This document shows, piece by piece, positions 1 through 14,120 of a stretch of DNA of 64,000 bases. How positions within the stretch are numbered: the stretch's first letter is position 1; the number at the start of each line of letters is the position of its first letter. A program made the position numbers and the translations under genes. Below the pieces are notes generated by a model. That model was not told the origin of the DNA, searched no databases, and worked only from the letters and a program-made list of their open reading frames with translations. The DNA is from Trichoplax adhaerens. Taxonomy: Eukaryota; Animalia; Placozoa. The DNA is taken from assembly GCF_000150275.1 (NCBI RefSeq), contig NW_002060947.1, forward strand, positions 4,808,267 through 4,872,266, read 5' to 3'.

Positions 1-179
1 AAAATAAAATGATCGTCATCCGTTGCATCATTGATATTTCTAGTAATGGAAACTGATATCCTACATTGTCGTAAATTTCTAAATTGATCGGTCATAACCA
101 AGTCCTACACTATAATTTATTGATTTAATTCTTTAAAATACTATCACTTTTTTGAGGAATAAATCAAGCCGCCATAAAG

Positions 180-3100
180 ATGTCGCTATTCGCAGCCCAT
201 CGTAAGCAAGAGGGAATTGGTTATGTTTTTCACTCAATCGGAGATTACGTCTATCATAACTTTATGCGGCTGCCAAGATCAATTATTCGCTATTTGATAC
301 TACTGAAAGATATTTTATTGCCTTATTTTACCGCTTATCATCATCATGGCTATTACCCTTGGGTAGCAGCTGTAATTGTTAGCCTCTTGGCGTATAGCTA
401 TGGTTTCCATGTATGGATCCTCAATTTTATTATCGTAGTCATAGGATTTGCAGTTGGATTTTTACTAGTATTATTAAGTGGCCAACACAGGCCTTTCAAA
501 CAATTTGAAGGGTTACAGGCAGTCCAAAAAATTCTAACGGAAAAGACGGTCAGTGGTTATCTTTTGAGTTCGATATATTTATGTTCTTTACTATATCCTA
601 AGTAACTTGCTTCTTGAATTATTTGAAGTGATTGATTTTGATTACTGTATTGCTTCATGACACAATTAAAACTCCGTTTGCACGATATAAACCTTATCAT
701 TTCATATTACGAGATCTTTGCTTGAGGGCATACTGAATCGCTACGAAAATGTTTGCCAGCTTTGTCTCCTGCAAAATTACTTAATTTTATTCAATTAAAT
801 GCTAATTTATCATTCCTACTAGCTAAAATTACTGCAAGCTATTTTGTTAGAAGACTGAAATTTGACACCTTATTTAAAATTTAGCTTAAGTAATTATCAG
901 TGGTGCTGTTATTTGTTACAGTGATATTAGCATATTTGTAATGATATTGATACCAGGAGCTTACAGTGCATCGATCATATCAATCTCATAAAACCGTTGT
1001 CTCCGTTAATGTTGATAAAGCGATCCAAAGTAGTAAGTAAAAATAATTTAACGATAGCGGTTAGTCTAATATAACTTAAAATTTTTCAAGTTCTAATTGT
1101 GCGAGAAATATTCCTAAATTCCATAATTGCATTTATTTATCATTTAGTATTCGATAATCTGATTCGAGACTATGTCCTGATTTGGTATCAAAGCATCAAC
1201 AATGATAATGCGGCATTTATCGACATAATTTCGTAAGATTTATGCAGTAATGTATCTTTAAAACTATTCTCTATCAAAAATAAGCATTAAGAAGGGATTA
1301 AATCATGCTCCCTAATCATTTATAATTGAATAATTCAACAACTTATAAATATTGTATTATGTTTTTGAATTTTAATACTGTAGAACTTTATGTGATATAC
1401 GGATCCCTCTGTTTTGATATTATTTCGAATTGGAGTAACTCATTAATTTGAAAAATAAATATCAGTATTTAATGCTCGTTGCTGGATTGAGTTCATAATT
1501 TTAATTAATTTATCTCCAATGTAGTTAATAGTAATCGCACTAGATTCGTTAGTAGAGACTTAGATATTGATGAATTATTGCAATTTTCTATAAGGAATTT
1601 TTAATAAGAAGTAAAATTTGAAGCTACTGATGAGTACTAAACTAGTAATTAATCCGTCAATTGCTACTGTCTAGCCATATAGCTGAAAGTTAATGCAATA
1701 CATGCATCATACTATTGAAATGATTTTAAGATTTACTTTTATTCTCGCTGTACTTAAGCGATTAGTTTATCTTTCTAATTAAAAATATATTCAATAGTTG
1801 ATAAATCCTAAAAATGTGATCTTGAAAATTCAATCTAGGGAACAAATGTGGTTAGTGACAGAAAATATCGTCGAAAGACTGGGCAATTTAGATTTGGTAA
1901 GAACGAAGGGGTTACTGGGAATCGGAATTCGTAGTTCTAATTATATATTTAATTACACTCCCCGGCAATATAATGATAACTTTAAATCTCATTCGATACT
2001 TGCATTTTATCTACAGGTTAAACTGATCTATATTGATATCGTCAATAAATTATGTGATCATTTTAAAGCACTTCGACTATCAAAACTAAGGTTTACTTCT
2101 ATATTAGTTTTAATGCAGCTGGAAGCTGAAGTTTACTTTATGTAAAAGTAATGGTAAATATTATCGGAAATATAATATTATTTCTAATTCGAAATTAATG
2201 TAAATACTATATTCAGCTCGGATCCTATGATTCCTTTCGTCCTTCATCCTTGTTTAGTCAGCAAACAAGAAGAATTGGACTACTTACGGCATATGTCTGA
2301 AGTATAATTACATTTAATTAAACCAACCTATTATACTGTTTTTCTTTCGGATCATTTTTTGATGTAATTATTTTGCGATTTGGATTAGGCTGTTATTGTA
2401 ACATTACTGCCGGAAAAGGACTGTCGCTGCAATGATTACAGATTAATACTACGCGAAGTTTTGGCATGTTGTGGTAAGTAGAAAAAAAGTAGTTATGTAG
2501 GATCTGATCAAGCCTAGATGTCTGAATGAGGATCCGTCAAATATTGTTTCATATTTGACTACTTAAAGGCATCTAAGTAGTTTTATTGAAAAATTTTTTA
2601 GTTTTATATCCTATAGCAGAAAATTTCTGCGATCCCGATTACTTCAATCAAACATTTCTGCGACAAATTGAGGCTCGCGAGAAAATGTTGGAAACACATA
2701 AGAAGAGATATGCATACGCAAAAAGCTTTGAAGGTCGAATCGTAATAGCACATTTAATTGAAGCTATATCGAATAATTAAAATCAAGAATGCTTATCGTA
2801 TTTAAAAATTGTTATTCTCATTTATCTAGACTTTATCAAATTAATTACAATTTGTGACGATATCGAAACATTAAAGGAAATAAGGTTAAAATAGTGCTGT
2901 AACCTTTCGTGATATAATTAATATTTGTGATATTTCACCTGTATGTTGTAGAGAGATAGATTAATGGCAATGAAACCCACTGGCAGTGTTTAACAATTTC
3001 ATTAACGTTTATACCTTGAATAGGTACAAAATAATTGCCGAAATTATGCAGTCTGCAGTCATCAAGAATTTAAAGAAGGGAGGCCTTGAAGGTTATGGTT

Positions 3101-6100
3101 GCTCATCCTAAACCATAGGATAATGTTGTTTTTACTTGGGCACTTTACAATCTATTTTGTGTATAAACTGTCACAAATTCTAATGCAGATGTTCGAACGC
3201 TCGGTAATATAAAGAAGGGACTGATGTTGAAATCGCGAAATTTAAAGCGCTACATAAAGCAGGTTAAAAAATGTTCGATTTTTTACTAAATCAATTTTCG
3301 TGAATTGACGAGAATTTGATACCTACTACTGGATTTAATTAACAAATGCAGTAAGGGTATTTTGAAATTTCAAGAAATGCTAAGAATAAGTCTAACGTTA
3401 TTGTAGTGCACCTACGCCAAGTCTGTTTGCGAGAGAAGAATATGCTCTTTGGGAGGACCAGATTTGCGGTATTTTGACCATAGAACCGCAAATCAAAACA
3501 AAGCTCCAAGCAATGTAGGTTTAAATTACTTTTTTATCAATAGAAATGAAGAGAGCTCATTGTAGTAAATATAAAGTGCGGATTAAATATCTGTATCTTA
3601 TGACGAAAAAATTACTGTACTATATGATCAAGTTTAGTAGCTTTGACGGTTGTTACAAGTGAGATAAAGAATGGAAGTCTTGTCTAAGCAATGTTTATTA
3701 TGCAAGCTCTAATACATGTTAGACTGATTCACATTGATGTTAGCCTTATGTAAGTAAATATTACTAAATTATCTAAATATCTAGATTCAATTTTTATTTA
3801 GGCTTTTACATTTAAGCAAATTATGGACAGTCCAGTAACAAGATCTTATTTTAATAAATACTTGGAATGGGAATCGAGTAGTCCTATGCTCAAGTAAATT
3901 AATATTGTTATTTATGGATAATAAGTAATGACTCAATCGTATATGACTTGTTCATGTATGAAGTCTAGATTATATAACTTAATCCATCTACACCTGATGT
4001 CTATTAATTATTACTCTTAATTTATTTATTTTGAATTACAGAACTTGGCTAGCTATTGAAAATTTAAAATACGTATCTCAGGTAGTAAATATTATACTTT
4101 GTTTTTTCATTTTTATGATCAAAAAATTGAGTTTGGCTAACTATATAAATATATATAATTCATAAATAATTTAGAAAGATTTACTATCGAATGCTAACGA
4201 TGTTTACGAGAGATTTATTATCAGTGCCGCCTCGAAACAAGTTCGAATTGATCGAACTCTGATTCGAGGAATGGAAGCTTTTCTGACTGGAAATAAAGTA
4301 AGATTACAAAGAAATCATTTACTTTGAAAAGCACTGATCTTAAATATAAAAAATTATTTGATTGATAGGGTCCAGATTCTTTCTTTGCTGCACAAAAACA
4401 GGTGGGATTTAGTTACTAATAAATTGGTTAATATACTCGATTCATCAGTATATATCAATTATCAAGTGAAATCCATACCTTAAAATAGTTTATTTTATGG
4501 CTTAATTAAGAACTAAATTACGAAAATCCGGTGCTTTTATCAACTGATAAACAAAGTACGGTGGTAAACGCTAACAAAGCTGATATCGTTACTCTTCAAA
4601 AATATATTATCACATCTGTAGATTTATCGCAGCATGGAAGAAACGTTTTATAAATCCTTTTTGCTAAGTGAATTTTATGTTAGTATGGTGACAGAAGCTG
4701 AAGTTACTGTAGACAATGCTGGCATAAAATTTGGTATGTTATTGCAAACGTAATTAGGTTTGAAAGAATTATTAAACTTTATGCAGTTTACTTCGAACTC
4801 TAGAATGATTTGATATATAAACTGATGCTAAAATCACAATTTATATAAATCAAAAGGCAACACTCAGAATGTTAATATGCATTTTATGATATTATTAAAT
4901 AATCAAAATACTATTGCAAAGTAATTTATATTTTAATGAAGCTACAAATATATTATTGCAGGAAGTCAGAGTCCTATTAACGAACAGCAAGATGAATATT
5001 TAGATCAGCAGGTTAGTACAATTCAACGTCTTGAATATTAAGAAAGAGATATCTAAAGTCTATACCAATACCGAGATAAATATTAAATATTGGAAAAATT
5101 GACCTATTTCTAATAGCTTATCAAGAGTTTAATTAATATTTTGATAGGGCTGGCTGGAATTTGATGAAGATGGTGTGTGGTATCGATTACTATCAATGAT
5201 TTTATGTGGTTTAGATTTTAAGCATATAACTTCAAGGCTACGCAATTTTAAAAGTATCATTTTGACTGCTCAAAATAACCAGATTATCTTCATATTTTCA
5301 GGTATTGATAGGGTTGGTGTTGAAGTGATTGAGGAACAAAACGATTCTGTTGTTCAGATGTTGGACAATCTGGATACAAGAATTGCTGAAATCGTAAGGA
5401 CAAAATAGTAATATTCATTACTATTAAGATTGGTTGAAGCTCAGTTTAATGTACCTAGTATTATTTCGATATTAAATTGCAACTAATTTCCCAAGTTGAT
5501 TAAGTCAGAGAATTTTAGATTTATAGCATTATGGTTACCATATGGTAGCATAGTTTAAATATTAGTTCTAGCTTAGATTTAAGGCTGATACATATTATAA
5601 TACACTATAAGTACTAAATTGTGCTTCCATTGCTAATGATAGTGGATGCTATAAGCACATCACGTCTAATAAATTAATACAAAGAACATAATTTTAATCA
5701 ATAATAACGTACAGATATGAAATAAAAAGGCTCATACGAGTAAAGTCTCTACTGCTTATTCTGCAATTTTTTACTTAGGCGGAGGAACTAAACTCTTTAC
5801 GGAATTTAGGCCTCGAAGATCAGGAGGTGAGCTAACAGTAAAACATAGATGTTGCCCTTTACCAGTACTCTACAGAGAAAATATTCGTGGCTCTTTTCAA
5901 CGGCGTTTATAACATTAATTATTGGCGTCGCACTTAATTAACATTATGCATAGAGAGAAGAAGAGTTAGCTAAAGAATTTGATCAATATGAACTAGAGCG
6001 CAAACAACTTGCTACACACATTGAAAGAACCGGTAAATTGATTTCTTTAACAATTTGGATTTTGAATATAAGATCGAGACTAGATTAAACTTTTGCTATG

Positions 6101-9100
6101 TCCTGTGTCATGTTGCAATTGTTAGAATTATGGTGCGATTTAATGGGCCAGTGGCGGACTTCGATTAGTAATGCACATGTGAGTAATACTTCTAAAGTTG
6201 ATCATAGAAAGACTGTTGTAAATTTATGGATTCCTGAATTATTCCAAGACGTGAAATTTGTGAAAGATGGCAAATAATTCCGGTGTAGTAAATAATATTT
6301 GTAATTATAGGTCGTTGTTGAAGGCGATGGCTATGTTCCAGTTTATGTTATTCTTGTGGAGCGTGCTAGTAGTGGACGAGAAGATTCAAATGATAAAGAA
6401 ACTCGTACTATATCGGATTGCTGGGCGGTTACAAGAACTCTAAATGAATTTCAAGAACTGCATCATACGCTAACTGATGTATGAATGAAAATTAGAAAAG
6501 CTAGATACGATCAATAAGAATTAGAATGACTGGTGTGATATCTGAAGAAATTAGACTTTAGATTTAGTCCATTGACTTAATTTACTGAAAAATTCAGTAA
6601 ATGAAATATACAAATTTATTTGTTGTATGTGTGAAATATTGATAGTGCTATCCTTGGTTACGAAAAAATTTTCCTATCCTTTCTAAGAAATGGACCAAGA
6701 GTATAGCTCAAACGACATTAGATAGAATTAAAGGTTTGCTAGAAAATTATTTGCAAGTAAGTGTAAATCTGATATGATTCTGAGGTAAATACTGACTACG
6801 ATAATTTATAGTGACAGATCTAGTGAATTACTAAATCATTTAATTTGGAAGATGGGATTATTGAATGATTTTCTAACATTGTTATTTTTTAATATTTCGA
6901 TATGCATGACATGCATGATCATGATAGGGATTAATTCTGCACGAAAAATTATGTCAATCTGACGTTTTGTATTTGTTTCTCTGCCCAAGTCCTGATTATA
7001 TTGTTAAACAATGGTATTGTAACTCTCTTTATAGATTATTCTGCCCAGTTAATTAAAATATAAATGCTTTTACGCTACGATAACAAATTATACAGAAAAT
7101 AATATCGTATGCTAAAAATGGATCAGCCTATTATTAACGTACTAATGACGAAATCTTATTTGTAACGGTGTTATCGATTAGCCATCAAATTCGGGATAGA
7201 ATGTCACAGCGTCGAGGAAGGTAAGGTTATTGTTACCGATCGTCATCGATAAATAACATTAAAATACTGACATACACCGCAGTATAAGTGATAGAATAAA
7301 GATTTTTTTCGCTGACTTCACGGTTATATTCGATGTTTACATCTACTTATTAGAATTTTATAATATCAATTTTAAATTTTTGAATTCAATAAACATTTTA
7401 TTTCTATTTATCAGTAATATAAATCCGGAAGATGATGATGATGTAAGTTGGTTTTTGTTTTATTGTTAGAAATAGTAAACTCATGTGTTAATATTGTAAA
7501 GACGGTATACATGGCAACAAATTCATGCATTCTACTTTTTTTATGCAGGCCAATGAATTTGATGACGAAAAGTAAGTCTGTAATTCCATAATTTAATTGC
7601 ACCATCGATCTGCAGAGTCTATAATAAGTAGTAGACCCTGTAATTCGCACCTCCAAATTTCAGATTAAAAGTGGATTTAGTCTAAATATTGATATATAAA
7701 AACATATTTAGTCTTCAACTTCCTACGTAGCTTAGGCCGTTTTTGTTAATATTTGTAAAAGCAATTGCTCCGGTCCATTAACAGTCGATTATGAAGCCTA
7801 GCGCTGCCATTGCATTGCCGTATTCTATTTGTAAACAATCGCATTAATACAAGTACACTTCAAGGATATTAATAGGATATCTTAACCAGGTTACACGAAG
7901 CTTACAGTAACTACATTTGAAATCACAGCCTTAAAAATCTGTCTGCCTTACTCGGTGTGATATATACCAATCACGAAGTTCCAAATTTTAGAAAAATAAG
8001 GGCTTTATTCAATCTTATACAAAGATTAACTACACACAGCTCTACTTTAGCCGAATACTACTACTGAAGACTTCTAGAACGAACTAACAGAATAATCTAA
8101 AGTTGCATGCTTTCATACTTTCCGTAGCATTCGCAGCTACAATCCGCATGGCAACCTTTTACCTTATTTTACACATAGTTAAATTATTCTTAGTAAGACT
8201 ATTCTACTGCGGACCATCATTAATCCAATATGGATACGACCAAAGTACTTACATAGACATTATTCACACCAGCCAAAGTACAATGAATTAACCATATACT
8301 AATATATGATTTACAGTTCTATTTTTACCTATAGCCATATTAGTAACTCAACAGCTTACTGTATATAGTCATCTGTACTCTAGCATAGAGTCTCTACCAC
8401 TACAGTCTATAGTTACAGCTACCAAATATCTCTTAGGATAAATATCTACCGTACATTATACTACACATGGCTAACAGTCTACAATCACAATACTAAGTTA
8501 CATTACACTCGGTCAATAGTACTCAATCTCTAGTTATAATCTAGCATAATTTCGTTTTTGGTATACTCGTATTCTGTAATTGATCATATACGCTATTTCT
8601 GGCAAGACAGCTTTTTAAACCCGAAAACCATTGCAGGGTGGAAGACAACCGATTACAATACTGACAATATGCGATAGCATAGTGCATAAATATGATTGTA
8701 TTGTATGTGATTCTATGATGGAAATAATTTATGATATTACGATAAAGTAGTAAATTGTATAAGTTGTAATTATAAACCACCCTCACGAAAGGACAGTTAT
8801 ATTGAAATGCATTAAATCCGCATAATGATGCTCTGATACAATTGGACAAATTATTTATTCTTGGAAGAAATACCAAGGTTCAATCATCTCTGCTCTTACC
8901 GTAATGCTAGCTTGCTGCTAAATTATCTTTAATACAAGTAATAGCTTACAGAATAGATACCAGAGTTTGATTTATTTACGCCAAAATTTACTATGAATAT
9001 CTCAATTAGTATACAAATGCAGAATTTAACTTAATGTGTATTTTTTGGATTAGCCGAAAAGATTCTATAGTAGAACCTACTTTAAAGCTTATTAATGAAA

Positions 9101-11158
9101 TTTTTCAACTTCATGGAGGTAAGTTCGTTTCTGATAATGATGCAAGTTATCCTCTATTTATGTGATTCACAAACAGTATTATGTTTGTATTAATTAGCTC
9201 TAGTTTTAGTACGGTAATGCGGATTCTATTTACATAATCGGCTAATTTATTCGCCTTAAAACAGACTGTATATAAGATATTTAACATCACCGAAAAATTT
9301 ACCCATTCATGGTGTTATTTAATAGAAATGATTGATTGTTGTAGGCTTATTGTATTGCATAAGATTAAAACTAGTCGTTCAGAATTAATCATAAGTAGTC
9401 TTGAATATATTTGAAGGTGTTAATTTATTATAAATTGAATCTGTTTATTATACTCATTTTCTTGATACATGCTTGTATTTTCATCATATTCGGCTTATTC
9501 ATAGCATTTAAATGGTTGAGAAGAACGTTGATGGCGTTTGTTCAGTTGACTTTTGGTGGCACAATTAATAGACAGCTGCGAGATATTGTTAATTGGATGG
9601 CGGGAGAAGAAATGTCATTGTTTTATTTACAAACTTTTCGTGAGACCTTCTTTAAAATGTCAGATAGTACAACACCAACACCTAAAGTTAGGACAGAAGA
9701 GGTATCTGTTTGCTTGTAATCCTTTTGTTACTTACGATAGTTGCTTACTTTGCAATTTTGGAATCTCGTCTTTATTATCACGAACTTTACCGTATATTTA
9801 ATTCGAATTGGCTTATCACTGTGATTACTAGCAAAATTAGGTATTCTTACGCTTAGATAATATGTAATTGGTGACGACCAAGGTCGAAAATTACGTTTCT
9901 ATATGTACTAATTGATATTCTACTTTTATTAATAAGATGTGTTATTTTGAGGTGTAGGTACAGTGTATGCTGTCACAAAAAAGCAATTATCTAACACCAA
10001 TTAATTAAAAAATAATATCAGACTAAGCAGTTTAAATTTATTCTCTTCTATTTTAGCTACTTTAAGGGCTTAGTTTAACGTTGCGCTTTGCGCATTAATC
10101 AATTCTAAGGTTTGATTTTATATCAAAGCCAAAATTTTTATTTTCAGGAAAGATTAAAAACCAGAAGATTAGCTGAACAGAAGCTTATGAAAAATATTCC
10201 CGGTACGTCATTTATGCTGTTTACATTATAAAGATGTTGCATTGATATAACAATGTAGTAAGATCGTATTTTAAATATATTCGCTTCAATGTTAGATGTG
10301 ATAGTTAACTTATTCGGGCAACATAACAGTAAGCTAGGAGCAGAGCAGGTAAGATCGTCCTGGTACTCTTGCAGAAGTAAATATTATAAATTATTTGTCG
10401 ATATTTTATGTCAAGTGGCAAAAAGATTAGGCTTAACTAGACGAAAAAAGGTGATAACATTTATTTTGATCATCTTTAACTTTTGTCTTATTTTTCTACA
10501 GTTATTTGAATCTTTACAAGATATACGAACAAATAAACACATGTATTACGTAAGTACTCGACAAATATTGCCTAATGCAATAAAGTACTATGATCAGTTC
10601 TAGATAACGTAGCGAACAAGGAATGTTAGCAATTTTATTTAAAATATAGCTTATAAATAGGACGAAAGTTTTTTAGTCTTTAACATGATTTCAACTAGAA
10701 CTGTTTGCTATACCTTTATCTTCTTAATACTGCAGATCATATCATTAAACATTTACCCGCTACATCGAAAGCATTGTAGTTTATCTATGAATTTCAACTC
10801 GGATTATTTATTACACCTTTAACCGTAGGCCATATTGTTATGCATATACTCTTCATATCGAAAATTTTTCAGTCTTTCTATGAATTTCAACTAGGACCCT
10901 TTGCTACACCTTTACTTCTATAGTGCTGTAAATCATTCTTTCACAGATTCCATGATACTACACTTTTAATTCGTTTTAAAAAAAAATTAAATTGTGCCAT
11001 TTGACAACATCTCAACTTGAATTTAAATAGTTTTCGCTCTTCTTTCTCTTTGATAGTCACTGTTAGAGACATTTGTTTTCGCATTATTTCCTGAAATCAA
11101 GTCTAATGAAGTCATTCAGAAATTGCAGCCGAAGAAGCAAGCTTCTTCGGGACTATGA
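180..11158 (+). CDS. SNX25: Sorting nexin-25-like protein (N-terminal TM helices, PXA, RGS, coiled coil, PX, Nexin_C); ~35 exons
   Basis: GT-AG exons join in frame: 180-548 (hydrophobic TM segment), 957-1032, PXA exons (FDNLIRDYVLIWY; LILREVLACCVLYPIAENFCDPDYFNQ), NLKRYIKQ/AKSVCERRICSLGGPD, an RGS-like segment at ~3800-4730, a PX segment (WAVTRTLNEFQELHHTL at ~6420), Nexin_C (AFKWLRRTLMAFVQLTFGGTINRQLRDIVNW at ~9505) and last exon 11057-11158 ending TGA. These motifs match recalled SNX25 sequence better than SNX13/14/19. Confidence 0.88.
10686..10916. repeat. Three degenerate ~95-bp-period repeats in the last SNX25 intron
   Basis: Core TGA(A)TTTCAACT(A/C)G..T(A/G)..TA(C/T)ACCTTTA at ~10686, ~10788 and ~10881. 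Confidence 0.55.
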
Positions 11159-12565
11159 CGTCTTATTTCATCTCAATCAAAGATTTCACTTCGTCTATGC
11201 ATTACATATAAGGATATTCGTAATGTAAAGTGATACTGACGTAAATTTTTAACGTATTTTCATTATAGCCTTTTCGTAAAAAGGCAGACTTAATTCGCGA
11301 GCCAGATTGTTTGTATCGTAGTGTTTACGATTTTTGTTTGATACTTTCCATGTTAGTCTAGGATTTCATGTTGACATTTGAAAGTTATATTACATTTTTT
11401 ATGAAATAAAGTGATAAATTCTATACACTACTAAGTGATATAACGTTCTGCTACACAGAATTTATGTTATACATTGGTTAGGTTGAGTACATTTACAACA
11501 AGAGGAATCTATGATCCTATTTAGTATTAACTAGCAAATCCTCCTAAAATGCCGTTCAAATCTTATTTCAAATTATCTCATTATTTCAATGTAGCACATG
11601 CATTTACCTCCGAAATCAATCTTTAATAAGCGCAAAGAAAGTGATAAACCGTCAAAGATTGCAAATGATGATTTAATACATCTTACCTAACCTTTGATGA
11701 GATGATAACATTCTACTAGCTACGATTACAAGGAGGTCGATGCTATCGAATATTATTAAAATATAATCAATGAAATACGTTGACAAGTCTAATGAATATT
11801 ATGCATGAGATCTACCAGAAAACGTTGTGTTTGTGCTATAATGCGCTTAAGGACTGTATCAAATATTTATATTTCCTACCGAAATAAGTTGACCAGCCTA
11901 ATCGATACTGTTCCTGAAATCTATCTGAAGACGTTTTGTTTATGTCGAAAATTATGCGCTTACGAATTATATCAATATTTATATTTTCTACCGAATGTGA
12001 AGTAATACGATTACTAAACATGATTACGGAGCAATAGGTATAGTATTTGAATGAACAGAGGTCATAAAAATATTAAATGTAATACTATGGTCGTGGTAAA
12101 GTGCAATAGAAGCGTATTTAACAACATTAAGGATTTGACAGTTTCAGAATAACTATGTATTACGATTATTTTTGTATTGGCATCGATGCTTAACTCGCGA
12201 AAGTCTTATAATGTGGATGATAATAGGTATGATGTATCCAAAAGGCGTTTATATAAGAAATCCGTTTTACCATTTTTTAAAGAATTTTCTGTTTCTTCTG
12301 GAAAATATTATTCATGTATGGTGTTATGTTAATATTTTAAATTACCAAACAGTTACCAAGAATTGCATCTTTTCATGTTGAACATGGGTTTAGTTAATGC
12401 AGGTCTAGCATGACACGAATAAAATTCGTCCTCAAAATTAGGATTTTCAATGCCAATATCAGATAACTGAAGGTTACTATAATCTTGTACATCCAAATAT
12501 TCATCATCCGTCGGCTGAATTATTCCGATGAACGCTTGGCTCAAATTATTTTCACTGTTGCGTAG

Positions 12566-14120
12566 CTAACAGTTTGTACAAATTTTGCTGACTAATAATT
12601 TTCTTTCAGCATCTCTAAATTTACGGTGTAGACTATTATGTTTATTGAATTCTGCATTTATGAATTTGATTCCGATTTTAAAGATTCTATCATCGTCTAA
12701 GCTTCGATGACGGCGATGAAGAATTATACTTTCAGAATTAATTGTTGACATTGCGATATTCTTATTATTTGGAATATCTATGTTATTATTTTCATTTGAA
12801 AGTAGTGAAGAGGTGGCTTGTCTTAGCTGCGCTGTTGATTTTAATGAAATATCTGATGCATTAACAGTTCTATCTTCAGGCTTGTCATAACTAATTGATT
12901 TATTGTTGACATCATTTGCCTTATCGTTAGCATTAATTATAGTAGCAGAATCATTTTGATGCTCGACATTATTGGTTTTATCACGATTACTATCATCACC
13001 ATTAATAGGTTCTTGATGCGGTATACTATTATTAGATGAAGATCCAATTCCATGAATGATTGTTTGGTTCCGGGCAGAGCTCAAATTAATGTTAGTTGTC
13101 GATGTATATTCGAATGATGATGATGATGACATTTTCTTACTAATAAATGCAACCAATCTATTGAAACTTGCAGTTCCAGTAGCTATATAAATATATGGAT
13201 TGATAGCAGAATTTAAAGGAATAGCCAAGATGACCGCAAATTGTAATATAAAAACGTTTATACTACCTTGAATGATTCCTAAAGCAGATATGACATAAAT
13301 TGGTAACCATGCAGCTAAATCAGTAACTAAAATAAGTGATAGACGGATAGCAATCGTACCATTACGAGATTGTGCATTGCTACGAATTGAACGCCTTGTT
13401 TTACTGACCTCTCTAAGTAACAATACGTAAATTACTAATGTTATGATCCATGAAATAAGTTGTATTAAAACAAATGAAAGGGTCCAGGTTGCATAAAAAC
13501 GATGGCTTAAATTACTAGGAGAGCAGATGAAACTGAATTGATATAAGCGTAAATCTGCTGGTTGATTAATACTCATAATTACTGGTATAGCAACATAGAT
13601 ACAAGTAACCGACCAACCCAATCCTAATGCAATTTTAGTACGCTTGAACCTTACATGTGATGCTGTAAATGGATTAACTGTGATACTATAGCGATCTATG
13701 CTTATTAGCAGCATCATAATAACTGACATCATACTAGATGTACTTATTAAAAATGATGCAATAATACACGCTGGACTCTTAAGCCATTCTTCAGCATATT
13801 GAGCGTAACGATCGTTATAAATTTGATCATTAACACCAATAATGATAAGATATGTTGACATTAAAAAGTCAGAAAGAGCCAGGCTGTTAAAGACGAGTTC
13901 GGTAGACTTGCTCGTTTTTTTCATTTTGTTAGAGCGATTTGTTACAATGACAAGGATATTCCCTATGAAAGCTGCAATAGCCATAATCCAGACAGACAAT
14001 TTTAATGATGTATGAACGAGAATATTTTCACAACTAGATGCTGAATCCAAATCAGGAACAGGTGAGCAGGTTGTAATTTTAGCTGGAACTATACAGCATA
14101 AATATGGCCTTGTTGACGCT
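12566..14120 (-). CDS. LGR-A terminal exon: hinge, 7TM and cytoplasmic tail
   Basis: Core of the 558-aa ORF. The acceptor AG lies at 14122-14121; there are seven hydrophobic segments plus DRY and NPxxY. Confidence 0.92.

Noticed and set aside
8103-8876. Short ORFs inside the long SNX25 intron
   Set aside because: No recognisable domain or splice context; likely decayed repeat or non-coding DNA.
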